IMG/VR virus record: IMGVR_UViG_3300031718_000141 | Location: 1 to 43,828 of that record | DNA: 43,828 nucleotides | DNA from: a virus | Reading direction: 5' to 3' (one strand) | Part shown: positions 32,602 to 40,963 of the stretch, one piece after another | How the letters are laid out: each line of letters opens with the position of its first letter | Position numbering within the stretch: position 1 is the stretch's first letter | Notes under the pieces: generated by a model | The model's database searches: none | Told to the model about the DNA's origin: nothing | The model's input: the letters and a program-made list of their open reading frames with translations, nothing else | Made by a program: the position numbers and the translations under genes

Positions 32602-33188
32602 GCGACCAGACGAAGCAGTTTCTCGACTGGGTAACCACGAGCATAAACACGCTCGTAGGGCAAAATCTCACGTTACAGCAGGGATTTGCCGCGCTGAATC
32701 AGCCGACCGTTAACCCTTCTACGGCGCAACTGGTTTCCGCTGGCAGCCGACCGCAATCCATCACCACCGCTTTTACGTTCGTACCTACTTCTACCGGCGT
32801 TACTTTCTACTGGGATGGCACGAATGGCTCTCAACCGCTTTCCATCTACCGCGATGATGGAACGGTCGTCTCTCCGGTTGTGGGCAACCAGACTGTCTCC
32901 GGCCTAAGCCCAAGCACGACGTATTACTTCTATCCGTACTACGACGAAACTCTTGGCGCGGTGCGCTGGGCAGTCGTGTCGGGGGTTTCTATCGGCACAC
33001 CTGGATATGCTTTTATCACCAAAAACATTCTCGCCAATCAGCAGCAAATCATGCGGAATCATATCCCCTTGGCGAGCGGATTAGCCATTACCGGCGTGAC
33101 TACTACGGCATCCGGCACAGGTTCTCAGGGTAGCGGTGGAAATGGCGGTGGCGGAGGAGCGTTTGGGACAGGAGGGCGGCTGGTATGA
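32553..33188 (+). CDS. tail-fibre-associated protein with an FN3-like segment, 211 aa, TTG start
   Basis: ORF track. No ATG until residue ~170. TFYWDGTNGSQPLSIYRDDGTVVSPVVGNQTVSGLSPSTTYYFYPYY is FN3-like. Confidence 0.5.
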   Translation: MGRLRQYTQAPYDDALGDQTKQFLDWVTTSINTLVGQNLTLQQGFAALNQPTVNPSTAQLVSAGSRPQSITTAFTFVPTSTGVTFYWDGTNGSQPLSIYRDDGTVVSPVVGNQTVSGLSPSTTYYFYPYYDETLGAVRWAVVSGVSIGTPGYAFITKNILANQQQIMRNHIPLASGLAITGVTTTASGTGSQGSGGNGGGGGAFGTGGRLV

Positions 33189-34789
33189 AGAAATGGCTTG
33201 TTCCGTTACTGTTTTTTCTGCCTTCGCTTGCCGTAGCGCAGAGCGTTAGATACCAAAGCATTGCGCTTGGCCCGAAGGGTACGCCACTCTCTTTTCAAAA
33301 CGTTGCCGTATGTACTCAACCGGCCAATACAACGACTACGCCCTGCTCCCCTTTAGCTACACTGGCGACGAGCGCCAACACGACTAGCGGCGGAGCCAAC
33401 CCCACCACGACAGACATTAATGGAAATTTCTTTTTCTATGCCGCTCCAGGAGTCTACACGATACAAATTTATGGTCCTCAGATAGCTACGCCCTACGTTC
33501 AGCCGGATATTTCAGTAGGGGTAGCTCAAGGAGTCGCAACCGTCACATCTCTCAACAAAGTCGTCTTTGCGGACCAACAAAGCGGCACTACTGCCGATGC
33601 AAAAGTCTCTTCTTGTATCGCGGCTTTACCTTCTGGCGGGACATGCGACGCGCGCGGCTTCGGAGCCGGTAATCAGACATGGGCCGCGCAAGTCACCGTG
33701 CCGAGCCTCGTCAGTTTGAAGTTCGACCCGGCAACCCATTTCCAGCCTTCCGGGGCTTCTGTGAACGCTCTAAAGTTCGAGCCAAACAGCAACATCGACG
33801 GCTTCACTTTCGACTGCGGGGCGGTGAGCTATTCGGGAATTGTGATTCAGCCGGATAGCAGTCAGCAATACGGACTCGGCCAGAGTACGACGCTCTCTAA
33901 CATCACGATTGACAGCGCTTGTGCGGCAGTTACCACCGGAACGGCCGTTTCTCTTCCCTCGACATCCGTAGGCAGCAGCATCGCGTTCGTGAACTTCAAC
34001 AATTTCACGGTTGTGGGCCTTGCAAATGGTGTGCTTATTAACCCCAGTGGCAGCGGGTTCGTCAGCAGTAACCGCTTTGTCGGCCTGCAATGCACCACAA
34101 CCATAACCTGTATCCACATCACCGGCGGCGGCAGCAACGCTATCGGCAATCAGTTCATGGCCTTTTCCTCAGAGAAACTTCCCAGCGGTACGAATGCCGT
34201 CCTGATTGACGGCGCTGGTGGCTCCATCGTGGATAACGTGGTCATCGGCACCATGTTCGACTTCACGCACGGCGTAGCCATAACCAACACGACGGCGGCG
34301 CACAATCTCTTTATCGGCTATCAGGACGGCACGATTTCCGATGTTAACTCGCTAAATACATTCATCCCTTTAGGTTCGGCCAGCAGCCAGCCGGACGCTA
34401 TTTTGCAAAGCGCCAAGGTGATAGGAGCAATTCAGGTAGGTTCCACAAGCCTGACAAATCTATGGGAATCAAGCGCCGTTCCCACGATTGCCGGAGCTGG
34501 GTGCGGAGGGTCGGCAGCCAGCATCCCCGTGAATAACGGCACGGCGGCATTCAAAATCAATGTGGGCACCGCTCCAGGTTCGGCTTGCACGGTCACCATG
34601 CCAACCGCGACAACTGGATGGAGCTGTTCCGCAACTGACATTACCACAAATTCTACTAGCGTGTTTCTGCAAAAGCAGACCGGGGCGGAATCAACCACTT
34701 CCGTAATTATCACCAATTTTAGCGATGTGGCTGCGGCAACGGCGTTTGTCGCTAATGACATTGTAAAGGTGGCTTGCAGTGCAGATTAA
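33185..34789 (+). CDS. beta-helix tailspike/depolymerase-like protein with an N-terminal signal peptide, 534 aa
   Basis: MKKWLVPLLFFLPSLAVAQS, then repetitive N/G/T-rich beta-helix-like sequence. ATGA overlap. Confidence 0.6.
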   Translation: MKKWLVPLLFFLPSLAVAQSVRYQSIALGPKGTPLSFQNVAVCTQPANTTTTPCSPLATLATSANTTSGGANPTTTDINGNFFFYAAPGVYTIQIYGPQIATPYVQPDISVGVAQGVATVTSLNKVVFADQQSGTTADAKVSSCIAALPSGGTCDARGFGAGNQTWAAQVTVPSLVSLKFDPATHFQPSGASVNALKFEPNSNIDGFTFDCGAVSYSGIVIQPDSSQQYGLGQSTTLSNITIDSACAAVTTGTAVSLPSTSVGSSIAFVNFNNFTVVGLANGVLINPSGSGFVSSNRFVGLQCTTTITCIHITGGGSNAIGNQFMAFSSEKLPSGTNAVLIDGAGGSIVDNVVIGTMFDFTHGVAITNTTAAHNLFIGYQDGTISDVNSLNTFIPLGSASSQPDAILQSAKVIGAIQVGSTSLTNLWESSAVPTIAGAGCGGSAASIPVNNGTAAFKINVGTAPGSACTVTMPTATTGWSCSATDITTNSTSVFLQKQTGAESTTSVIITNFSDVAAATAFVANDIVKVACSAD

Positions 34790-35228
34790 ACTCTTGTTTC
34801 TCGCAGTAGTTTTATTGGCTTTGTGGCCGCAGAATCCCGGTACCACACATTCAAACGGGAGCGGCGCACCGGTAGGTTCGTGCATATCCGGCAGTTCCTA
34901 CGTAGACAGCGCGACCGGAAACCACTGGGCTTGCACCGGCTTAGCTTGGAAGCTTATGGCGTCAGGGGTGGCACTGAGTGGAACGACCGGTTCAATCGGC
35001 GGAGGATTGCTGACCGCTGGCGGGACTGCTTCAGGAACGGTCACTGTCACGGGGGCTACCGTAGGCATGGTTTGCACCGCACAGCCTAGCGATGGCACCA
35101 ACATCTACGCGTTAGGAGCAAATGTCGGTTGTACCGTAACGGCGACCAATACGGTTACGGTGAACGTGGTGGCCATAGTTGCTTTAACGCCTGTTGCAAA
35201 AACCTACGTAGTGAGGGTGATTCAATGA
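34779..35228 (+). CDS. secreted/anchored Gly-Thr-rich protein, 149 aa (GTG start)
   Basis: N-terminus MQIKLLFLAVVLLALWPQ. Confidence 0.55.
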   Translation: MQIKLLFLAVVLLALWPQNPGTTHSNGSGAPVGSCISGSSYVDSATGNHWACTGLAWKLMASGVALSGTTGSIGGGLLTAGGTASGTVTVTGATVGMVCTAQPSDGTNIYALGANVGCTVTATNTVTVNVVAIVALTPVAKTYVVRVIQ

Positions 35229-37246
35229 GACGACTATTTTTGTTTTTACTTTTGATTATGGCATGGCCGCATTCATCGCGCGCGCAAGGTGTCGTTATTG
35301 GAACATCCTGCCCAGCCGCAGGTCAGAACGCTATCTCGACGCAGGGCGTTCCTGTTGTTTGCACCGGCAGCCCGCTTGTCTGGACGAATCCCAATGGCTC
35401 CTCCTCCGGCTCCGGCAATGGGGTAGGGTCTGGAGCAGCGCCCATCATGGCTTACTATCTGTCGAACTCCTGCCCGATAGCGAACACCGGCTCCTGCTAT
35501 TTCACCTATGCCGATACGCTCATGGACAACACCTGTTCATGGACTTCTTCGACAGCTCAAGCGGTATGCTCGGACGGTCCTTTCAAATCGACGGACTGTG
35601 TAGGCGGAACCGGCTGCACCGGAACAGGAACAAGCAAGTCCCTGGCAGGATGGTCTAGTTGCCAAGCCGACCAAGTGGGCCTTCTCAGCACCTTCACCAA
35701 CGGCGCTATCAGCAACACCGCCAATGTAACCATCTCTTCATTTACAAGCTCTACGACGGTAGGACTATCCGCGACTCCGGCTAACGCGGTTGCTTCGGCG
35801 GGGTGTGTCTTCTTTGGGCACTTGGACGATACCGGAGCTGCTGCTTTCGATGCGGCTATCGCAGCCAGTACCCAATGCCCCAAGGGGATGCTAGCTGCCG
35901 CTTATTATCAGTACCAGAATCCCCATCACTACGCACAGCCAAACTCATGCTCCATCACTGAGCCGCTTGTCAACTTCGCCGGTCCCGGCTATGGCAATAC
36001 AACCCTTCCCGCCGGTCTCGAACTTGAAGGACGTGGCACCGGGCCTACCGTCGTCTTTCTAAACCCTTCTTTCCCGAATGGCGATGCCTGCACTAGAAAA
36101 GCCACCAGTTCCCAAACGACTGGCGGATGCTTCGCCATTCCCCTGCTTGGCAAGTGGGTTGACTTGCGTCTAAGCGGCGGCGGCAATTTCATCGCTTCAA
36201 ATATGTCGGGCAAGAACCTCATTACCATGGCCGTCGGCACGCTGATGAATTTCACCTGCACGAACTTCGGCGCAGGGCAGTCGAGCATGGCCGGAATCAA
36301 CATGGGGCAGTTCTCGCAACTGTATCAGGTGAACAATTCCGGTTGTGGCGGCTTGGGTATTGTTTCAGAAACAGGCTCTCTCAATAACGTCCTTTTCCGC
36401 ACGGTGGTGGAGAACTCCGGGACAAATGCGCTGCTTATCAATTCCGGCTCTCAGGTTTTCTGTTACTGGTGCGACTTCGCAGGACCAATCACTTCAACGG
36501 GCCTCGACATCATCAGCAACAACGGTGGCTCGCTTTCCGGTTTTGGAATGCAGGCGAAGATTGCCAACGCCACAAGCACTACGACTTCCGGCACAATTGT
36601 CTACCACGCTACGGCAACCGGAGCTAAGCTGTATGCCGACAACTCTTCTTTCATCGCCAATTACGGTTCAAATACAAACAATGGGGCGGTGTGGTGCGCC
36701 TTCACTCCATGTGTCGTATCGCTCGTCAATGGCAGTCAGTTGCTTGGCGGCTCAACCAGCTTTTCTTATGCCGATACGGCTGGCGGCACGCTCTACATCG
36801 ACCCCAGCACGCTGTTCAATCTACCGTTCTCGAACGGGAATATCAGTGGAACGATTGCGGCTGATGGTCACTCTTTCGGAGCGGGCTGTACTGGGACGGC
36901 GACAGCCTCTTCGACGCTCGGGCTTTACAACCCATTTGCCAATCCCACGACAACGGCTTCGGCTTGCTCCTCTACGACGATTGGCACAGGCTTTCCTATG
37001 CAGCGAGCGGCCACTATCTACGGGCTGCAATGCAAGTCCACCGCGACAACGGTTTCCGTAGCCTGCAAAATCGTTGTGAACGGAACACCGAACGCGACAG
37101 AAACTTGCACCATGACGGCGACGACGACTTGCAACGACTTTACGCATTCCATTTTAGTCAACAAGAACGACTTAATCACACCGGAGATAGTTACCGGCGC
37201 GGCGGAAACTGGCGCGAATATCACGCTCAGCTTTTTCTGGCAGTAG
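35225..37246 (+). CDS. Cys-rich beta-helix-like protein with a signal peptide, 673 aa
   Basis: ORF 35129..37246 trimmed to ATG 35225 (ATGA overlap). MRRLFLFLLLIMAWPHSSRAQG. TAG stop in TAGGAGAG. Confidence 0.65.
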   Translation: MRRLFLFLLLIMAWPHSSRAQGVVIGTSCPAAGQNAISTQGVPVVCTGSPLVWTNPNGSSSGSGNGVGSGAAPIMAYYLSNSCPIANTGSCYFTYADTLMDNTCSWTSSTAQAVCSDGPFKSTDCVGGTGCTGTGTSKSLAGWSSCQADQVGLLSTFTNGAISNTANVTISSFTSSTTVGLSATPANAVASAGCVFFGHLDDTGAAAFDAAIAASTQCPKGMLAAAYYQYQNPHHYAQPNSCSITEPLVNFAGPGYGNTTLPAGLELEGRGTGPTVVFLNPSFPNGDACTRKATSSQTTGGCFAIPLLGKWVDLRLSGGGNFIASNMSGKNLITMAVGTLMNFTCTNFGAGQSSMAGINMGQFSQLYQVNNSGCGGLGIVSETGSLNNVLFRTVVENSGTNALLINSGSQVFCYWCDFAGPITSTGLDIISNNGGSLSGFGMQAKIANATSTTTSGTIVYHATATGAKLYADNSSFIANYGSNTNNGAVWCAFTPCVVSLVNGSQLLGGSTSFSYADTAGGTLYIDPSTLFNLPFSNGNISGTIAADGHSFGAGCTGTATASSTLGLYNPFANPTTTASACSSTTIGTGFPMQRAATIYGLQCKSTATTVSVACKIVVNGTPNATETCTMTATTTCNDFTHSILVNKNDLITPEIVTGAAETGANITLSFFWQ

Positions 37247-37255
37247 GAGAGATGC

Positions 37256-37489
37256 ATGAAGAAAGCATTCGCAGCACTCGCTGTCTTGATTACGCTGGTA
37301 GGCTATAGCGCCTGGAATTGCCGCGTGCGCATCCCTTTGTCCAACATTTATGTGTGGACGATGTTCAAGCCCAAACCTCGGCTGTGGGGCAATGCTGTGG
37401 AGTTCGACCATCACGGCTGGCAGGAGATTTGCCTGGCTGAAAACGGCAAAGCAAAGTGCGTCCCGCTTGTAAAGGCGTCGCCGCAATGA
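37256..37489 (+). CDS. small secreted/membrane protein, 77 aa
   Basis: AGGAGA SD. N-terminus MKKAFAALAVLITLVGYSAWNC. Confidence 0.5.
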   Translation: MKKAFAALAVLITLVGYSAWNCRVRIPLSNIYVWTMFKPKPRLWGNAVEFDHHGWQEICLAENGKAKCVPLVKASPQ

Positions 37490-38337
37490 AAAAATGGCTT
37501 CGTGACCGCTGGCTATGGATGAAGTGGTTCTGCCTAACAATGGCACTGCTGATTGCTTTGCCGGTCGTCGCTCAAACGCCTATCACGGTTCAGAATCCGT
37601 CCTTTAGCGTTTCGCCCAGCGCGCCCAATGCAGGAGAAGGTGGGAATTGGGGCTACGCGCCAATCTCGGGCTGGACTGTTAGTGGCTCGATTGGCTTGTG
37701 GCAGCCTGACACCACAGGATGCGGCTTCTCCTCTGCTGCCGGTCAGACGCTTGCCTGGATAAATAGCGGGACACTCTCGCAGGACCTCACGGGGATCAGC
37801 GCGGTAGCCGGGCAAACTTACTCGCTGACGGTGCAGGTTGGCTTGCGAGGCTGTTTTGGCTCTGTCAACTACACCATCTCTCTCATGGCCGGTTCAAGCG
37901 TGCTCTGTACGATAAATGCTAACAACTCAGCGCTCAGTTCTGGGACGCTCGTTACACAGACGATTTCTTGCCCCGCTTCCTCGCCTGCACCTGTGGGAGA
38001 CTTGAACATCGTCATCACCGTTCCGCCGAATCAATCCGGCCAGCTTGAGATAGGCACCGTGGGACTTTCTCTGAGCGGCCCTCCCGCACCTTATGTCTTT
38101 CAGTTGCAGGGCGGCCCATCGATTCAATTCCCGATGTCTGCGCCTCCTGCTTGTGGGGCCTCGGACGGTACTTGCTCGATTCAGATACAAGTGGTTGTGC
38201 CCGCCAGTTCCTGCTCGACGGACCCGACCGGCCAGACAATGACTTGTACAGGCACGAGCGGGCAGATAAACCTGCTCAAGAACATCACGCTCCCTGTCCC
38301 ACAAACACAAACCATCCCCGTGGCGGTGACGCAATGA
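37486..38337 (+). CDS. secreted carbohydrate-binding-like protein, 283 aa
   Basis: ORF 37456..38337 trimmed to ATG 37486 (ATGA overlap). Signal-like LTMALLIALPVVAQT. NPSF...GW...SQDL...Y.L.V jelly-roll-like pattern. Confidence 0.6.
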   Translation: MKKWLRDRWLWMKWFCLTMALLIALPVVAQTPITVQNPSFSVSPSAPNAGEGGNWGYAPISGWTVSGSIGLWQPDTTGCGFSSAAGQTLAWINSGTLSQDLTGISAVAGQTYSLTVQVGLRGCFGSVNYTISLMAGSSVLCTINANNSALSSGTLVTQTISCPASSPAPVGDLNIVITVPPNQSGQLEIGTVGLSLSGPPAPYVFQLQGGPSIQFPMSAPPACGASDGTCSIQIQVVVPASSCSTDPTGQTMTCTGTSGQINLLKNITLPVPQTQTIPVAVTQ

Positions 38338-38555
38338 TGCTGCTCTTCGCGTTGTGCCTCTTTCACTGCAAGCACGTCGAGAAGTTCTCCGGCCAGATTC
38401 AGCCGAACGGCAGCTACTACCACCATTTCACAAAGCCTTTTGCCTCGCCAAGCGTCACCTGTAAGCTCTCTGGCGGGACTTTGGTGTTTGCTTCGCGGCA
38501 GGTGGTGCATGTAAAAGGTGAGCCGGGGACGACCGTGAGCGGAACGTGTCAGTGA
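38334..38555 (+). CDS. small protein with a hydrophobic N-terminus, 73 aa
   Basis: ATGATG at 38334, overlapping the upstream TGA. Confidence 0.45.
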   Translation: MMLLFALCLFHCKHVEKFSGQIQPNGSYYHHFTKPFASPSVTCKLSGGTLVFASRQVVHVKGEPGTTVSGTCQ

Positions 38556-38557
38556 AG

Positions 38558-38761
38558 ATGTGCAGCGCCTATTCCGAGCGGCAACTCGCGGAGTCCGTCG
38601 TTATGACACCTTGCCCAAGGAAAGCACGCAAGGGCAACAATCGATTCTGCCGCGAACACGAACGGGCTTACAGGGAGATTCTGACGGGAATCATTCTACT
38701 GGGGGTAAAAGATGACGCTACAGGCCACAGCACTACAAAATCTTATTATCGGCGGGCCTAA
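38558..38761 (+). CDS. hypothetical Cys-containing protein, 67 aa (start uncertain: 38546 GTG, 38552 GTG or 38558 ATG)
   Basis: ORF track 38546..38761. Its 3' end overlaps the next gene by 50 nt. Confidence 0.4.
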   Translation: MCSAYSERQLAESVVMTPCPRKARKGNNRFCREHERAYREILTGIILLGVKDDATGHSTTKSYYRRA

Positions 38762-39320
38762 CGGGAACGTAGGCTCGATTCGCTTTCCGGCCAAGACCAA
38801 GTATTCCCTACAGTCTCCGCTGGCGTCTTCATTGCTCTACTGGATTACCAATAAGCCCGGTTATAGCGCCGGTAGCGGCGGAATATTCGCCCATGAACTG
38901 CACAAGGACAACAACGGCCAGCCGGGAGACCTGATTTGCACGGCATGGATGGTTGTAGATCAGCCCACGGAGAACGGTATCGGCAAGTTCTCCCGCGCCT
39001 GCTTCGCGCCAGATGCCATGGTGACCGGGGACTACTACCACGAGGTTATCCGCAACATCGACGTAAGTCCGAAGACCAATTTCTCCTCGCTCGATTTCCT
39101 TACCAACCCTAAAATGGTCAACCAGACACCGGATATGCAGGTGCTCGTGCAGCAGGGCGGCGGGCTGTTCAAGCCTCTCGACGGCGGGATTGTGGTGGGG
39201 AGTCCGGTTTCCCTCGTCTACTTCGATGGCACCGTAGATGAGTATGATGGCTACGAGGTTGTGAACGGGGCGGTGCTGGCGGCTGGGCCGCAATACGGAT
39301 TCGTGGGAGGAGCGGCGTGA
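38712..39320 (+). CDS. hypothetical protein, 202 aa
   Basis: ORF track. GGGGG SD. Confidence 0.65.
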   Translation: MTLQATALQNLIIGGPNGNVGSIRFPAKTKYSLQSPLASSLLYWITNKPGYSAGSGGIFAHELHKDNNGQPGDLICTAWMVVDQPTENGIGKFSRACFAPDAMVTGDYYHEVIRNIDVSPKTNFSSLDFLTNPKMVNQTPDMQVLVQQGGGLFKPLDGGIVVGSPVSLVYFDGTVDEYDGYEVVNGAVLAAGPQYGFVGGAA

Positions 39321-39610
39321 CATTTGTTCAATTCCTTAGCCAGCACCAAATTGTAGTCACCGCGATTCTGACTTGGGCGGCGAACTCGGGCTTTACCATC
39401 TTCGCTACGTCATTGCCAGCGCCCACGGCGCAATCATCCACAAGCTATCAATTCTGGTTCAAGCTGCTCAACAATCTGGCTGCTAATCTATCTCGTGCCA
39501 AAAACACCGCTGTCGAGAGCAGCCCTAACTTTCAGGATGCTGTGAATCTGCACCTCGCTCAACAAGGGCAAAACAAAGTGGTCGTGACGATCCCTGAGAC
39601 AAAGCCTTGA
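39317..39610 (+). CDS. hypothetical membrane-associated protein, 97 aa (GTG start)
   Basis: GTGA overlap. Hydrophobic segment IVVTAILTWAANSGFTIFATSL. Confidence 0.5.
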   Translation: MTFVQFLSQHQIVVTAILTWAANSGFTIFATSLPAPTAQSSTSYQFWFKLLNNLAANLSRAKNTAVESSPNFQDAVNLHLAQQGQNKVVVTIPETKP

Positions 39611-39873
39611 GCGACTTCAACGGCAACGGCGGCGTGAACATGAAGTGGGCCCACCTGATTCTTTTACTGGGTGGGCAGCTTGTGTTTGCTGGCGCGGCCT
39701 ACGGGATACTGAAATTTGAGGTAGAGGACCATGCGCGGCGGCTGAACGAAATCGAGCGCAAACAGGACGCCAATTTCATCCCCCGTTCGGAGTATGACCG
39801 CAGGCATGACGACTTAATTAGGCAGATGCAGGAGTTGCGGGAGGAAGTCAGAGAACTGGAGCGGCACAGGTGA
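39607..39873 (+). CDS. N-terminal TM plus coiled-coil protein, 77-88 aa (TTG 39607 or ATG 39640)
   Basis: WAHLILLLGGQLVFAGAAYGIL followed by a charged helix. Confidence 0.55.
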   Translation: MSDFNGNGGVNMKWAHLILLLGGQLVFAGAAYGILKFEVEDHARRLNEIERKQDANFIPRSEYDRRHDDLIRQMQELREEVRELERHR

Positions 39874-40145
39874 GTCCCTGGTTCACAGTCATTTTCGCCA
39901 TGCTGGGCGTGCTGGGCAGTGCGACCATCAACCTGCTCATCGTGGGCTATTACATTGGGAAGTATCAGGGCGATTTGCGTGAGTGCCAGAAAGCCCTTGG
40001 AGAGATGAAAGAAGAGAACCGGGAGCGCGAGAAGGAATTGCGCGAGGACCAGCGCGATGATAGAGAGATGCTGTCCAAGATTCGTGAGCGGTTGAAAGGC
40101 ATAGAATCAAAAATCAACGGTACGGCGTGGAAAAGGGAGGCATAA
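39870..40145 (+). CDS. N-terminal TM plus coiled-coil protein, 91 aa (GTG start)
   Basis: GTGA overlap. WFTVIFAMLGVLGSATINLLIVGYYI followed by a charged helix. Confidence 0.55.
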   Translation: MSPWFTVIFAMLGVLGSATINLLIVGYYIGKYQGDLRECQKALGEMKEENREREKELREDQRDDREMLSKIRERLKGIESKINGTAWKREA

Positions 40146-40146
40146 A

Positions 40147-40362
40147 ATGGGCATCGGCCCGAGTCCGGGAACTACTTACAAGACACGTTGCACTGCAAAA
40201 TCGAGCCACACGGCGAGCTTCAACGGTGATATAAGCATCGCTATCTCTGGCACGAAAGAGCAGATTGAGTACTATGAGTTTGGCCGCACTTACATCTGGA
40301 ACGTTATGCCTGCTGACGGCGACAAGCCTGATGGCGGGGATACTCAAGCATCCACCAGCTAA
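40147..40362 (+). CDS. hypothetical protein, 71 aa
   Basis: GGGAGG SD 7 nt upstream of the ATG. Its 3' end overlaps the next ORF. Confidence 0.45.
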   Translation: MGIGPSPGTTYKTRCTAKSSHTASFNGDISIAISGTKEQIEYYEFGRTYIWNVMPADGDKPDGGDTQASTS

Positions 40363-40891
40363 TCTGGGCTGGTATCTCTGGGCGGAGCTTGTTTCTATCC
40401 CGTTCTTCCTGTGCTCGGCGTGGGCTTTCGGGGTCTACAGCGTGGCTTACGCGGTTGTCTATTGCCTGCTGACGGCGCTCATCTTCCTGACCATTGCCCG
40501 GCTGGCGTGGGATTGCCTTGAGTCACGAAGGTATCGTTTCAGGGCTTTAGGCGTGGCGCTGACTTTTTCCATCGTCCTGACCAGAATCGCGTTTATAGGC
40601 ATTTCCAAGCCCTTCTCCGGCTACTTGGTGATTTCACTGGTCGAGGGGCTTATTCTCGCGTGGGCGGGCATCCTAGCCGTGTTTACCGCCCCTTATACGC
40701 GACGGCCCGACCTGACTTTCCCACTAGGAGCTTTGTGGCTGGGGCAGGCGTGCTACCGGCTGGGATGGGCCTTGAACTTCAGCGTCTGGCAGGAGATTAA
40801 TTGGGTGATACCGCCGATGCTCGGACTCGCGTGTTATTCATTTCTAGCGTGGCGGCTGGGCCAAAGAGCCGCTGTCGAGCATCTAAGCTAG
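40274..40891 (+). CDS. polytopic membrane protein (about 6 TM), about 205 aa (start uncertain: 40265 TTG, 40274 ATG or 40331 ATG)
   Basis: ORF track. Last gene of the plus-strand block. TAG stop. Confidence 0.6.
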   Translation: MSLAALTSGTLCLLTATSLMAGILKHPPANLGWYLWAELVSIPFFLCSAWAFGVYSVAYAVVYCLLTALIFLTIARLAWDCLESRRYRFRALGVALTFSIVLTRIAFIGISKPFSGYLVISLVEGLILAWAGILAVFTAPYTRRPDLTFPLGALWLGQACYRLGWALNFSVWQEINWVIPPMLGLACYSFLAWRLGQRAAVEHLS

Positions 40892-40939
40892 AAAATTGGC
40901 GCGCCCGGTGGTACTTAAACCCGCACAGCGCTAGCAGCC

Positions 40940-40954
40940 GGGCGCATGGCGCCC
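40940..40954. terminator. GC hairpin GGGCGC-atg-GCGCCC between the convergent blocks; possible terminator (weak T tract)
   Basis: Perfect 6-bp stem read by eye. Lies between the two copies of ATTGGCGCGCC. Confidence 0.3.
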
Positions 40955-40963
40955 CGTTCTCAA

